A stretch of DNA of 63,992 nucleotides, counting the filler, from Circinaria calcarea (Eukaryota), in the NCBI GenBank assembly GCA_051942165.1. It is 5 parts of 5 records of this genome, joined end to end, with 100 filler letters (N's around TTAATTAATTAA, not from the genome) between each part and the next. Parts side by side here need not be neighbours in the genome. Positions count along the whole stretch, not along the records: positions 13,215 to 26,306 come from JAVECS010000525.1; positions 26,407 to 39,490 come from JAVECS010000526.1; 3 more parts are not named here. The stretch is one strand, 5' to 3'. This document shows, one piece after another, positions 24,489 through 36,649 of this stretch (its first letter is position 1; each line of letters starts with the position of its first letter). The notes under the pieces were generated by a model. It was not told where the DNA came from. It made no database searches and saw nothing but the letters and a program-made list of their open reading frames with translations. A program made the position numbers and the translations under genes.

Positions 24489-25158
24489 TGGAGATTGTGA
24501 GTCGGAGGCCGGGAAGTAGGTGGCTGTGTGTCTGGTTGGGGTTGGGATAGGATGGAACAAGGGTAGAATTCCAGGTTAGGTCGAGTGTTATAATTAATTT
24601 TTCTCTTTCTTGTTAAGAAAATCTCCCTTCATGTATCAGCATATCGTCGATGAAAGAAGAGGGCACATCCTCCTTTATATATAGAAGCCTATCGTTTAAC
24701 CGTATAAGATTTTACAAAATCAATCAAAGCCAGCCAAGGAAGAGCACTCTTGAAGCAATGTTAGAAATACAGTAACAATAGTATCTTACCAATACCTTCA
24801 TCTACTCTTCTTACCCTTCCCACCCACTTGCCGCAGCGCATGAGCACCTACGCTCGGTCATCACGCCCGGCCTGCAACCTGATAATTCGTGTTATACTAG
24901 TTCGAGTTGCGATGGAGCTGCCAATCCCGTTTTCCAATTGGCATACCATCAATGATTATTGCCCTGACTTCCTAAACCTAACTTCGTGGTTTTCATGTGT
25001 CGTGGCAAAGCACCTGCCCAAACCCCCGTTCCAGATTCTGAAGCGACCCCTTGCCAATTATGATGCCACTGCATCTTCACCACATTATAAATATGAACGA
25101 TGGCGAACAACACCGAGCCGCCACCGAGCCAGGCTATCAAATCGAGCACCGACAGCTT

Positions 25159-26061
25159 TCAGACATGTACGGATCCCAACATCAGAGTGCCTGCCGCAGC
25201 TCCCGCCTTCATCCCTATATCCAGAGCGATAGTCTGCGTCCCGTCCGGTACAGGGTCGATGCTCACACTGCTGCAGTCCGTACACTGGCTTGACCCCCCG
25301 GGAAGTGTGTACCAGCTGACGTGCCCGTGGATATTCCGCGACCTGTGCGCCTGCACCCGGAGACTGAAGGCATTCACCGACGTGTGCCTGTCCCGGGCGG
25401 TCAATATGGCTCCGAGGGCGTACTGTGAAGAGCCTACTCCCGTCGGGGGGAGCCCGGCTCGAGCAGCACCGACGTTTTGGCTGGTGTGGACAACATGGCC
25501 GCCGTCTGACCCGGAACCGGATGACCATGACAACGACGACGAAGAACCCCTTCCGCGAGCCGCGGCGGTTTCAAGATTGGTAAAATAGGTAAAGTCTCGC
25601 TGGGAGACGCAGTTTACTCTATAACGCCGTCCGAGCGGAGCTCCTGTCGGGGAAAAGTCTAGATATGATATTTGGAAGCAAAGCTCAGAGGGTGGACAGC
25701 GACCACGGATATGGAAAAGTTGGTCGTCCCTGGGGTCGCGGCAATCATGCTCGTACTCTTGAGGGCTGATATCCCGCCTACAGAAAGTATCGATGAGTTC
25801 TAACCCAGGCGGGCCTTGGACTATTGCCCGCTTCTCATGTCGGTGGTTGGCAGGATCAAGGGAGCGATGATGACTGATATCCATTCGCTTTGATATATCA
25901 TTTTCTGCGCCGTCAGTGGTGTGTATATTGGGAGTGTGGGTTGGAGCGGAGTGGTCGATAAGCGAAGAGTGCTGAAGAAGAGTTGGGAGGTCGTTGCGGG
26001 ATGAGATAGCAAGTGCAGATATCTGCGGAGTAAGTGCAAGGAGTATAAGAACGGGGTACAT
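25159..26061 (-). CDS. Secreted Cys-containing hypothetical protein with Kex2-type KR sites
   Basis: Signal peptide MYPVLILLALTPQISALA, a His-rich pro-region ending DISKR and HEKR, and seven Cys in the mature part. TATA-like TTTATATAA upstream on the minus strand (~26132-26140). Confidence 0.75.
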   Translation of the reverse strand: MYPVLILLALTPQISALAISSRNDLPTLLQHSSLIDHSAPTHTPNIHTTDGAENDISKRMDISHHRSLDPANHRHEKRAIVQGPPGLELIDTFCRRDISPQEYEHDCRDPRDDQLFHIRGRCPPSELCFQISYLDFSPTGAPLGRRYRVNCVSQRDFTYFTNLETAAARGRGSSSSLSWSSGSGSDGGHVVHTSQNVGAARAGLPPTGVGSSQYALGAILTARDRHTSVNAFSLRVQAHRSRNIHGHVSWYTLPGGSSQCTDCSSVSIDPVPDGTQTIALDIGMKAGAAAGTLMLGSVHV

Positions 26062-26306
26062 GATATCTGAAAAGCTCTGATATAGCTAGGATTGAGCCGT
26101 GTGCAGCATAACCCGATACATTGAGTAGAAGTTATATAAACCCATAGACGCTTCGAAAGCTATGACATATTTTGCGCACGAGGAGCAAAGATAACCGAAA
26201 CGCGTAAAGGCGCTTATGTATGGATAGATAACCCCGCCACATGAAATTTCCGTAGTCTAACAGACCCTATTGAGTATCGCATATCCCTTCAATGCTTGAC
26301 CCTTCG

Positions 26307-26406
26307 NNNNNNNNNNNNNNNNNNNNNNNNNNNNNNNNNNNNNNNNNNNNTTAATTAATTAANNNNNNNNNNNNNNNNNNNNNNNNNNNNNNNNNNNNNN
26401 NNNNNN
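26307..26406. other. Artificial contig spacer
   Basis: 44 N + TTAATTAATTAA + 44 N. Confidence 0.99.
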
Positions 26407-26407
26407 T

Positions 26408-26821
26408 CGCCTGCCTACATCTACCATCGGGCAAACTCTCTCCACCCTTCTACCCTCCATCACCCATCTTTCCACTCTCGCCCAAGGCGCACCACAAGCG
26501 TTCGAACTCCTGATTAAGCTCGGCGGAAACATCAATTCGCACAACACGGGCGAGGAGAGCGAAGCGGATGTCAGGAGCACAGCAGACTTTTACACGCGAC
26601 TGGATGAAACAATGGTGGATGTCATCCGGCGGAGAATCGAGCAAGGCAATGCAGGAGAGGAGTCGCCCGAGTGGCAGATCGGTAGGGATGTGAAGCGACT
26701 GGAGAAGACGGGGGCGTTTTTGAGAAGTGAGATGGGATTGCAAAACTATTTCCCGAGGAGCCTGGAAGTACTGAAGTATGAAACAAAGAGAGGGGAGGGA
26801 GTGACGAGATACTCGCCATGA
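26408..26821 (+). CDS. 3' partial hypothetical protein (truncated by contig start)
   Basis: Frame open from the contig edge: RLPTSTIGQTLSTLLPSI...AFELLIKLGGNINSH...FYTRLDETMVDVIRRR...DVKRLEKTGAFLRSEMGLQNYFPRSL...*. Confidence 0.65.
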   Translation, partial: RLPTSTIGQTLSTLLPSITHLSTLAQGAPQAFELLIKLGGNINSHNTGEESEADVRSTADFYTRLDETMVDVIRRRIEQGNAGEESPEWQIGRDVKRLEKTGAFLRSEMGLQNYFPRSLEVLKYETKRGEGVTRYSP

Positions 26822-27553
26822 TTGACCTCTTTGCAATGGGGTAGTAAAGTGCGATTACGAGTTTACGACGATATGCCATTGGGAAGGGAAAAACTGGACA
26901 TATAGCCGGGTGATTGTGGTAATAGGTATTTGCGTACATTCAGGCCTGTTGTTGATAGCTGTATGTAAATAATGCTTTAGCTGAGTGTGTGTATCGCTGG
27001 CTTGGGAAAAGCTGCTCGTTTTACCTTTCAAGCCGTGTTCCTCAGTGCTTCTCTTCTGGTGTATTGCGATCCATCAGATTATTTGACGGATAGGGTTATG
27101 ACACAACAGGCTTAGCTCGGATCGTCTATTGCCCACACCCCCCTGAGTCCTTTATATTCACCGTATAATTCACAGGGCTCAGCCTCGTGGGCTCACAGCT
27201 GCATTGAGATACCGGTGTGAATGTGGCTGCAGGCGGTTTATCTTAATGGCCAGATGCTGTATACACCGGTTCGACTGCAGTGATCAGTCGGAACACGATA
27301 TGAGGCATATTATTGACTTAGCATGGATGGTGAGGCTCATCGATGATTTTCCTTGCCTGTACTTTATATTCAGTGCCTCGATGGCTTTCAGATCTCATCG
27401 CTCATTTTGCTTTGCTCTCCTGATTAAGAGCTCTCGTGATCCATTCAAGTAACGCTGCATTATCGTCCATTTGATACTACTGTCGTGACTCAGGCGCAGA
27501 GCTCGGTTTATACCGTCCCCAGCGTATTAGTGGTTGGGCATTTCTTAGAAACC

Positions 27554-28681
27554 ATGTCCATCTGCCCCCTTGATGCCCCAATTCCGAATACCTCTCTGGT
27601 CTACATCGATATCCTAAACGCCCCCCACCAAGGCGATCTAGGCAACTGGTACTTGCGACCGGACGCAGGCGGCGCAATCATCCCTTGGGTCTACACTATC
27701 ATCATCTTCGTCCTACACACCCCCACGGTCATCATTCGCGTTGTTAAATGGGAGATAGTACAGACATGGTGTCTCCTGTCCACGACGCTGACCGTTGCGG
27801 TGTACATCCAAGCTTATGTATCCACCAAGTTCGCAGCGGATAAGATCTTGACCTGGACGCCGATATTGCTGCTCATTGACGCGGGGAGCATGCTGCAGCT
27901 CTTCATGCTCGTTGTCGAAGCCGGGGATCTGGTGCCGCGGGTCAGGCAGCGAGTCCACAGCGCCTGGGGAAGCGCGAGAGGGCAGATTCTACCTCGTAGA
28001 TTGTGGAAAAAGGAGCGAGAAGTGGAGGAGCCTCTTCTCATAGATTCCCGCCCATTATGGAAGGACCGTACCTTCCGGGTTGCCGCTCTGGCACTCGTTT
28101 TCCTCCTGGTCGTCGTCAGCCTCCAGATCCTAGCCCTCCAAGCGACCATCAAGCTCGCCCGCGCCAACAACACACCCCTTGTACCGTGGTGCTCACCTCT
28201 GCTGCAGCCGTTCGGTGTCGCGCTTATTGACGGCGACTGCCACATGTATGGCGCGAAGCGGCATGAACATCGCGTTGGCGTTGGATGCGTTCTAATTCCA
28301 GGCAAGCAACAGAGGGCGTGGATTATGCTGACGTTGGTGGTTTCGAGCATGGCACTGGTGGTGGAGACAGTTGATTTGGTGATCCTGATGCTGGTCAACT
28401 CGAAGAGTAAGTGGAATGGGGTGAAGATGAAGCGGCCATGGTGTACGATGTTTGGAGGGCTGGTGGTTCTGGGTATCATCCTCGGGTTTGGTATCATGTA
28501 TGCGCAAGATATGCCACCGGGCATCTCGGCGAGGGTAACGGTCGTCATGGATCTGGGGAACAAGACCTTTGTATATACGGGAGGGGTGACGCCGGCAGGG
28601 TTGAGGGGGGCGATGATTGGGTGGAATGATGGTCTCTTTTCGAGCTGGGCCGATCTTTACTATGGGAACGGAGATTTATAG
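27554..28681 (+). CDS. Multi-pass membrane protein of unknown function
   Basis: ATG at 27554; about 6 hydrophobic segments; conserved-looking PDAGGAIIPW, WCSPLLQPFG..DGDC, KMKRPW and GLRGAMIGWNDG. Confidence 0.8.
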   Translation: MSICPLDAPIPNTSLVYIDILNAPHQGDLGNWYLRPDAGGAIIPWVYTIIIFVLHTPTVIIRVVKWEIVQTWCLLSTTLTVAVYIQAYVSTKFAADKILTWTPILLLIDAGSMLQLFMLVVEAGDLVPRVRQRVHSAWGSARGQILPRRLWKKEREVEEPLLIDSRPLWKDRTFRVAALALVFLLVVVSLQILALQATIKLARANNTPLVPWCSPLLQPFGVALIDGDCHMYGAKRHEHRVGVGCVLIPGKQQRAWIMLTLVVSSMALVVETVDLVILMLVNSKSKWNGVKMKRPWCTMFGGLVVLGIILGFGIMYAQDMPPGISARVTVVMDLGNKTFVYTGGVTPAGLRGAMIGWNDGLFSSWADLYYGNGDL

Positions 28682-29249
28682 GTTAGTGGTGTTGTATATT
28701 GAATCAAGGTGCTACGCTCCTGCTACTCCTGCGAACGATCAACATGATTACTTGCAGTCAAATCATCTCAGCCACACGGCCCAAAAGTATTCATAGGGTA
28801 AGATGAATCACTCTAGCCACTTCAATCAGCCTGGGCAGTACTAGCCTATATAGCCCCAGCGAGAGACGGTAATGAAACAGCAAGCTTCTTACAACCCCAA
28901 ATTCTTGTACGAAAAGCCCAACAATTACTGTATACAGTTTTCAAAGTCAACTTTATTTGTTCCTAGAGGTTTAAAACTAAAGAGAAGAATTAACTTTAAT
29001 CACAAAGGCGTTAAAATCGAAAAAGTTGCAGCAAAGTGCTGTGTAGTCGCAAATGTAGAGGGACATGGCCGCGAAAATTCTGGGAGCACCTCGCAGAATT
29101 TAGGGGATTAGGTGAGGGGGCTAGTGGATGAAAATTGAGGTTGCCGATATGGAGTTTAAAATCTCAACAATCTTCTCTAATCAACTCAGAGTGCACAAGG
29201 TTCGCTACGACGTTGCTCAACTTCTATGATGTAGATGAAATACCCGCTT

Positions 29250-30498
29250 TTATTTTAGCTGATTTATGACAAATGGAATATGAGCACCTGTAGCACTAAT
29301 ATCCTTCTCTGGATTATATTTCTCGAGGCTGTCCAGAGGTCCGTATTTCTCGCAAAGATATAGCATATCATTATAAGCTCTATAGAACATCTTTTAGCAA
29401 TTTATCGTAATTTTGAAAAGGAACACTCACGTTTGCCTCGAAACACTTCCCGGATGTCCTGCGGAATCATTCAAATACGGATGGATGCTGTAGAGCCGAT
29501 TACGGTCGTCCCATTCCTCCACCGGCTCTGAGGGTTCGAAATGGCGTTGATAAAGTCGCATATACATCGGTGAGTTGAAGTGAAATGCCCAGGAGCACCT
29601 CCATGTTCCAAATTCCATTTCATTATGGGCGTAGGTGCACCCAGGATCGAAGACAACAGTCTCGCCCGTTTCCATGTCAATTCCAACATTCTGTTCCCAC
29701 AAGTCGCCATGTATCAATGTTGGCGTAATCTCACGGCCGTCAGACTGCAAAGCCCCCAAGAGTCTCGGTATGACCACATCGATAAGTTGCCTGCAAGCGG
29801 CGTCATATTCTGGCCAAGGACCGTTTGTCTCATTGTCATATTTGATGACATCCTTTAGTTGATGGGTGAAGGATTTCGCCCAGCTCTTTTCCCAGGTTAC
29901 TGTACGTTCCATTTTGCCGCACACGGTGGGAACAGGATATCCAAACATTCCGTTTGGAGACGTTCCTCTCCGATGAAGCTCTGCTATCCGAGACGTAAAG
30001 TGGACTGGTTCCGGAGCTGCAGAAAGATCCATGTCGTGGAAGTCCCCTAGGAAGAAGTATACTTGTGATTCGCCATTATGGTACTCTCCCCATCCAGCTG
30101 CTTTCGGCACGAATCTTGGTACCAGAGCATCGATAGCAGATGCAGAATGGAATTCGCCCTCGGCCAAAGCTCGAGCACCCTGCCCTGTTGCGCACTGCGC
30201 GGTACCAAATTAATATCAATAAGCATTGATTCAACAGGGCGAAGGTAGGTGTACCTTTAGAAAATATTTCTTTGGACTTCCACTTGGCAGAACGACTGAG
30301 ACCTTCGCAGTCTTCGTCCAGGCAGATATACCACAAGACTCTGCCGAAACAACCTTCGTTCCTTCGGGCATGACTGCGAAGGTGCTGTCCGTCTTAGCTG
30401 ATAGATAGCCTGTGGAGTGCATCCTTACCCTCAGTGACAGCCTTGTGGATGAGGAAGTTTCCTCCGACCGCCACCTCCCACTCAGACGAGTCTGACAT
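29250..30498 (-). CDS. Fructosamine/ribulosamine 3-kinase family protein (multi-exon)
   Basis: ATG at 30498. Motifs KYFLK, AEGEFHS, SPNGMFGYPVPT, PTLIHGDLWEQN, FDPGCTYAHNEMEFG, EEWDDRNRLYS. Last exon ...AYNDMLYLCEKY...NQLK* ends at 29250. Confidence 0.9.
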
Positions 30499-31315
30499 GT
30501 TTTGGTGTTAGAGCGAGCAAAAGCAACGTTAGCAAAAGGCCCGATAATTCGAATGAACTGGACTCGAGACAATTTCTAAGGTTTTCAAGTGATTTGTGGT
30601 ACGAAGTAGGACATGTTGGCATGTAGCTTAGTCATCCACGATGTGACATGGTGGCAGCTCTTATTTAGTCCTGTATGGTACAATAGCACCAATACAAGGA
30701 TGGGTGTCTTTACCTGCACTCCATCAGGGCAAAATGCCTCTATTTGGGGACCTCGGCGCTGGAAAGGGTTAGTGGAGCACTACATGATTGTGGCAAGGTA
30801 ACTCCAGCGCTTACATGGGTCGAGGCGATTGGCCCATGCCTTGGGATACACAAATCCTCTGGTGAGGCAAGTGCAGTTGGGGAAGCAACATTGGTGTACT
30901 TTGGCAAGATTAGAGACGCCACTCCATGCCGCCGTTGGCGCCGTGGCGCTCATGTCATTTAGCTTCGCGATATCTGAGTGTAAACCCCGGCGAGCCGGGT
31001 TGTGTGCCTTTAATGTGCGGTGGGATTTGCAGGCATCCCAGCCACGTATGAGTAAGCTTCCCTAGATAGCTCCGAGTGCCTGGCACTCAAGTGACTAAGT
31101 TTGGCTTCAGAAAGCCTTTTTCTTACGGTGCAGCGCCTTCAAGTTGATGCTTATAGAATTGGTATCGCAGTTGGTTTCCTGGCAGTGAGGTCGGACCTTG
31201 CGCCAGCTCTCAGCACTTCCCAAGCAGCGCATACGGAGTATAGCCTACCAGAATAGCGGAAATCAGCTAAATCGACCGGCTCTGCCAGTTTAGGTGCAGA
31301 GTCACTTCAGAAATC

Positions 31316-34300
31316 ATGGTTAGTGATCAGTTTACTCTCAAAGATACATAAGGCAATTGAATAAATCATTACTTTTCGGTAGTTTCGGAAACCTTTCAGC
31401 TTCAGGAGAAAAGGCAGCGATGAAGGTCGTCAGCCGAGATTTCAACGCACTTCATCGCAGTCTTCTAGTCCCAACTTAAGCCCATCTGGTCTCTCTATTC
31501 CAATTCAAGAGGATCATGTCGGCTCCACAACATCTCTCCCTCAACTATCACAAATCACGACTTATTCACATCCTCGAAAGAACAGCGAAACCGATCCTGG
31601 GCCACTCGGTCTAAATGTTATCTATACTCCTGAAAATGGTCACAAGGCAGACATTGTCTTTATACACGGTCTTGGAGGAACTAGTCGATTAACGTGGTCG
31701 AAATATAAAAACCCGGAGTTATATTGGCCATTAACATTTCTACCCCTTGAACCTGATGTTTGTCTGGCCAGAATACTTACCTTCGGATTCAATGCCAACT
31801 TCCGCAGAGCAGGCAATGTCAGCACCTCAGTACTAGACTTTGCCAAAGATCTGCTTTTTGATCTCAAATATGCGAAGGATGAGCAGAAAGAAGATCTGAA
31901 TATGGGAAATGTGAGTAAGACTCGGTTATTATGACGTGAAACAAATCTAACTTTGACACTAGGTGCCTCTAATTTTTGTGGTCCACAGTATGGGAGGGCT
32001 TATAATTAAGGAGGTGAGAATACCTGCTAATTCACCTATGCTACGCTCAAAATGTAAAGGCATATGTGCAAGGCCAGAATGATCCCGAATATGAATCAAT
32101 AATCAAGGCTATCTCTGCAATCACCTTTCTCGCAACTCCACATCGTGGTACGAACTTGGCCGAAATATTGAATCGGATCCTGCAATCAACTATTCTCACC
32201 AATTCGAAGCAGTATATATCTGAGCTTGCGAAGAACTCACTTACTTTGCAAAAACTCAATGAACAGTTTCGCCATATTGCACCAAGACTAGACATCGTCT
32301 CTTTCTATGAGACTCAACCTACTTCAATTGGACTCAAAAATGCCCGAATTGTAAGTAAATATCGCCGGAAGCCATTCTGATTCTGTGCTGATGTTTCAAA
32401 GATGGTAGTGGAAAAGGACTCATCTGTACTTGGATACCCTGGAGAGACCTCCAAGGCATTGAGCGCAGACCACCACGGCGTTTGCAAGTATGATAGTCCC
32501 AGAGATCCTAACTACATTACAGTGAGAAACGTTCTCAAATCACTCGTCAGCAAGATTATCTTGACAAGCAAATCGAACAAGCCGCCTTTATCAAATCGAA
32601 GGGAGTCTCATGATTTGAGGTCCTTGCTAGCCATTACGGAACTGCCAGGTGTAGACTACATCTTTTTCCGGGACCAATGGACACAAGGGACCAGTGATTG
32701 GATTCTTGGAGAAAAGAGTTATCTCGAATGGTTACACGCCCGAGAATCAACACCCCATCTACTCTGGTTGAACGGTGGAGCCGCAACCGGAAAGTCAGTG
32801 TTGTCTTCGTTTATTATCAACAGTCTCGTGGAACAAGGTGTTTATTGTCAATACTTTTTTATAAGATTTGGTGATCAAAAGAAACGGACTCTGAGCTTAC
32901 TATTACGCTCAATTGCTTACCAAGTGGCACAAAGCGTGCCAGGTTTCCTGCAAAGAGTCGTAGAGCTTGTGGATGAAGCTATTGACTTTGAAACCGCAGA
33001 CCCGAGGACGATTTGGCAACGCATTTTCAAATCCATACTTTTCAATTTAAAGGAACGACAACCACTACACTGGATTATAGATGGCCTTGATGAGGCAGAT
33101 AATCCCCAGGCAGTTATCAGGCTACTCTCGGACGTCTCTTTATCGTCTATACCGATTCGAATTTTGCTCGTGGGCCGAAAAACCTCGGAAATAGTGGCCG
33201 CCTTTCAGAAGGTCCCGAAAGTATTAAAGCTAGAGCTGATAAGTATAGAAGGTCATTTAGAAGACCTGCGCTGTTATATTCGTCAAGAACTTAGCATGTC
33301 TGGTAGTGCTGAATTCAAAGAGATTATTATACAGCGAATAATAGAAGGAGCACAGAATAATTTTCTCGTAAGTATTACGAAATTCTGTGTTCTTTATCAA
33401 GCAGCACTAACTTATTAGTGGGTACGTCTTGCTGTTGATAAGTTGAACTTGTGTCATACGCACGCTGATGTTGAGCTCGCACTTCAACAATTACCGGTTG
33501 GTATGGAAGCACTATATAATCGCATGGCATCATCAATTGCCCAGAACACATCTTCAACAGATAGGGCATTGGTATCGGCTATTCTGCAGTGTGTCACTTG
33601 TTCATTACATGTATTGACAGTTGCAGAGCTATCACAAGCCCTAGATGAGGATACCTCTCAAATGCTGGATTTTCAACGATCAATAGTGGATTTATGTGGT
33701 GGCTTTGTGGTCATCGATAATGGTGGCAACGTTGCCATGATCCATCAAACCGCTCGCGAATACTTGCTTCACGGTAACAATCGCCCTTTTCATATTGATT
33801 ATGATGCCGCCCACAAGCAAATGTTCTTGAGCTGCATGCGGTGTCTCATGGCTATCGGTCTACGAGCAAAAGTCAACCGGAACCAGAAGCCTGAGTTTCT
33901 CGATTATGCTGCTAGCTGGTGGTCTTCGCATCTGACATCAACTCCATTCGATTGTGGGCAGGTAGCCGAAGCCCTCAATAAGTTCCTGACCGGTCACTGG
34001 GTTTTAACATGGATCCAAGTCCTTGCAACCAGTAAACAGCTGCGCGTACTCATTCAAGCGTCAAAAGATCTTTCAAGATATTCTGCCAAACAAAAAGAAC
34101 ACAATGCAGCGCGGAATAAGAGAGACCATCACATCATGGAGCAAGAACTTATTGATAGCTGGGCTGTAGACTTTATGCAGATAGTCGGGAAGTTTGGCAC
34201 AAATTTGCGACGGAATCCCGAATCGATATACAAACTCATTCCCCCTTTTTGTCCGCAAAACTCTTCAATTTACCAACTATTTGGAAAAACGGAGGCCAAG

Positions 34301-36487
34301 AGCCTCGTAGTATCAGGTGTATCGACTGAAAACTGGGACGACTCGCCTATACGCATATCGCTCGGATTTGGTACCTATGCTTCATTTATCTCGGCTGCTG
34401 GAGCTCAAATTGCTATTCTCGCCTCGTCGGGAAGCGTTTTCATCTACGATTCTTCGATTTTTGAAGAAGCGGCAGCCAGTCCAATCAAGCACGGCGAGCG
34501 TGTGTACAGGATGGCATTGAATAGCACTGGGACATTGCTTGCTACTTATGGCTACCGTACGACAATAATCTGGGAAATTTCCACCGGAAAACGCAAAATG
34601 TCGGTTGAAAATATCGAGTCACGACCTCGTCCACTTGCCATGCTCTTGACGAACAACAGTACTACGCTTCTTGTTGGCACCGAGGACAGGCGAATAAGAT
34701 CGCTCAACTTAAATCAATCACCGCCAGCCTGGCAGCTTGTGGCAGAGCTCGAAGAACCAGAGCTTGACGGACACTTTTTGAACTCGTCGAGTTATATGGC
34801 TCTGAATAATGATGGAAGTTTAATTGCTGTCGCCTATCGAGGCCATCCGCTTTCAGCATGGGAAACTGATGGACCAGTGCATATTGGTCATTGCTGGCGA
34901 AAACGAGAGGAAGTTGCCAGAGGCGAAGTGATCGAGGCTGTCTGGCATCCGTACTCTCCAGAAGTTCTGGGTCTTTATATTGAAGGGGTGGTTTTCAAAT
35001 GGCGCCCTTACGATGGTGAACTTGATGAAATTACCACGGGAGCATCTAGACTAGCCATCAGCGGAGATGGGAATCTCTTCGCTACCGGTGATGTACATGG
35101 GGTAGTGAAGGTCTACACCACATCTGACTTCTGTCTCCTATATCAGTTGGCATCTCAAGATACCGTTCTTGGCCTGGCATTCAGCCCTGATCTATGTCGC
35201 TTTTACGACATTAGAGGTTATTATGGGAATGCCTGGGAGCCGAATGCTTTGATGAGATTTGCAGAGCAGACAGGTAAAGGTATCAAGAGCGGTAGTGAGA
35301 CAGAAAGTCTTGCTCAAAGTTCCACGACATCCATAAGCTGGTCTCAGAGGATCGACTCAACCACAGTTCTTGCGGGCTCGCCTATCGGTCGTCTTTATTG
35401 CTGTGGTACAGAGAAAGGAACAGTGCGTTTACATGACACGCAGCGAGGGAAGCTTGCCGACCTTCACATGTCCAAAAGCTTTCTGAGCATCGAGCAAATG
35501 AGCTGGAGTAAAGATGGACGATATGTATGCTTCTCGGACTCGAGTAAAAAGGTCTTTATCATGTCAATAACTCCCAGTGCCGGTAACTCAGACCCAGTTG
35601 TGACAACGAAGGCTGAAATACCGATGAAGAACAGCATGAAAGGGCCCATTCTACAATTACTATTTCAAACCGATTCAAGCCATCTTTTGGTTTATACTTC
35701 CTCATCGATTCGCATTATTTCACTCACATCTTCTTCAGTGACATACTCGTTGGAATTGTATACGGCTGAGTGCAAGTGGATCCCACATCCTCATGACCCG
35801 GCTCTGGTCATAGGAGTTGGACCGAATGCCATCCACATACTGGATTGGAACTTAGCCGAACGCCAGACTTACAAAATCGAATATTCACTTCAGCTCAACA
35901 TGCCATCCAACCTGGAAAGCTCCTCGGACCAAGACACGGTCGATCGAGTCCTCGTCACCCACGACAAAAAGCATGTACTGGTTCAAATGTCGCTCCTAAA
36001 TCAAAAGTCAAAAGAAAAGACATTCCTTTATTTCGAAACGTCCTCATTCTCAACCTCCACAGCAACAACACCAGGCATCGACCAAAAAAGAGATCCAATA
36101 ACAATCACCCCAGTCATTCTCCCTCGGAACCTATCCTCCCAAATCGCCCTCTCCCTCTCTTTCCTCTCCCACGACCGCCTCATTTTCCTCTCCAGAACCT
36201 TTTCAATCTGCTCATGGCAACTTCCATCAGGTTTCGGTCCATCATTATCCTCTTCTCGTTCAATAACCCGTTCCAATAGCATGGCTACAACTACAACGAA
36301 TTCAACAACTTCCCTCAATCATCATCATAATAACGATACCAATTTACATAAGCAGCTGTTTTCGTTGCCGGGAGATTGGATTAGTAGAGATTGTTTGGCT
36401 TTATGCAGTATTTGGGGCATAGAGAGATCTTTGCTGTGTCCGAGGAATGGAGAGGTTGCTATTGTTAGGTGTGCGGCTTTGGTTTAA
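31316..36487 (+). CDS. Fungal NLR: SesB-like alpha/beta hydrolase - NACHT - winged helix - WD40
   Basis: ATG micro-exon 31316-31318. Hydrolase motifs DIVFIHGLGG, FVVHSMGGL, FLATPHRG, ADHHGVCK. NACHT Walker A GGAATGKS and Walker B WIIDGLDE, followed by FLWV, IHQTAREYL and C-terminal beta-propeller repeats. Intron 33368-33418 joins ORFs 32402 and 33443. Confidence 0.92.
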
Positions 36488-36649
36488 CTTTTATCTCTGT
36501 ATATTACTTCTGACAATCCATACTGACTTACAATGTTCGTTTCAAACGTTCATTGAAAATGATGAAGTGGCAGACGTAGGAATGCTTGAATCAGGCAAAA
36601 TTAATATTAGGAATGAAAACCAATACTATAAGAATCTTTATTGGTGTTA

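Noticed and set aside
27814..28563. Long antisense/shadow ORFs (also 54315-54842, 25100-25588, 45161-45616)
   Set aside because: They lie opposite well-supported genes and have no recognisable motifs.
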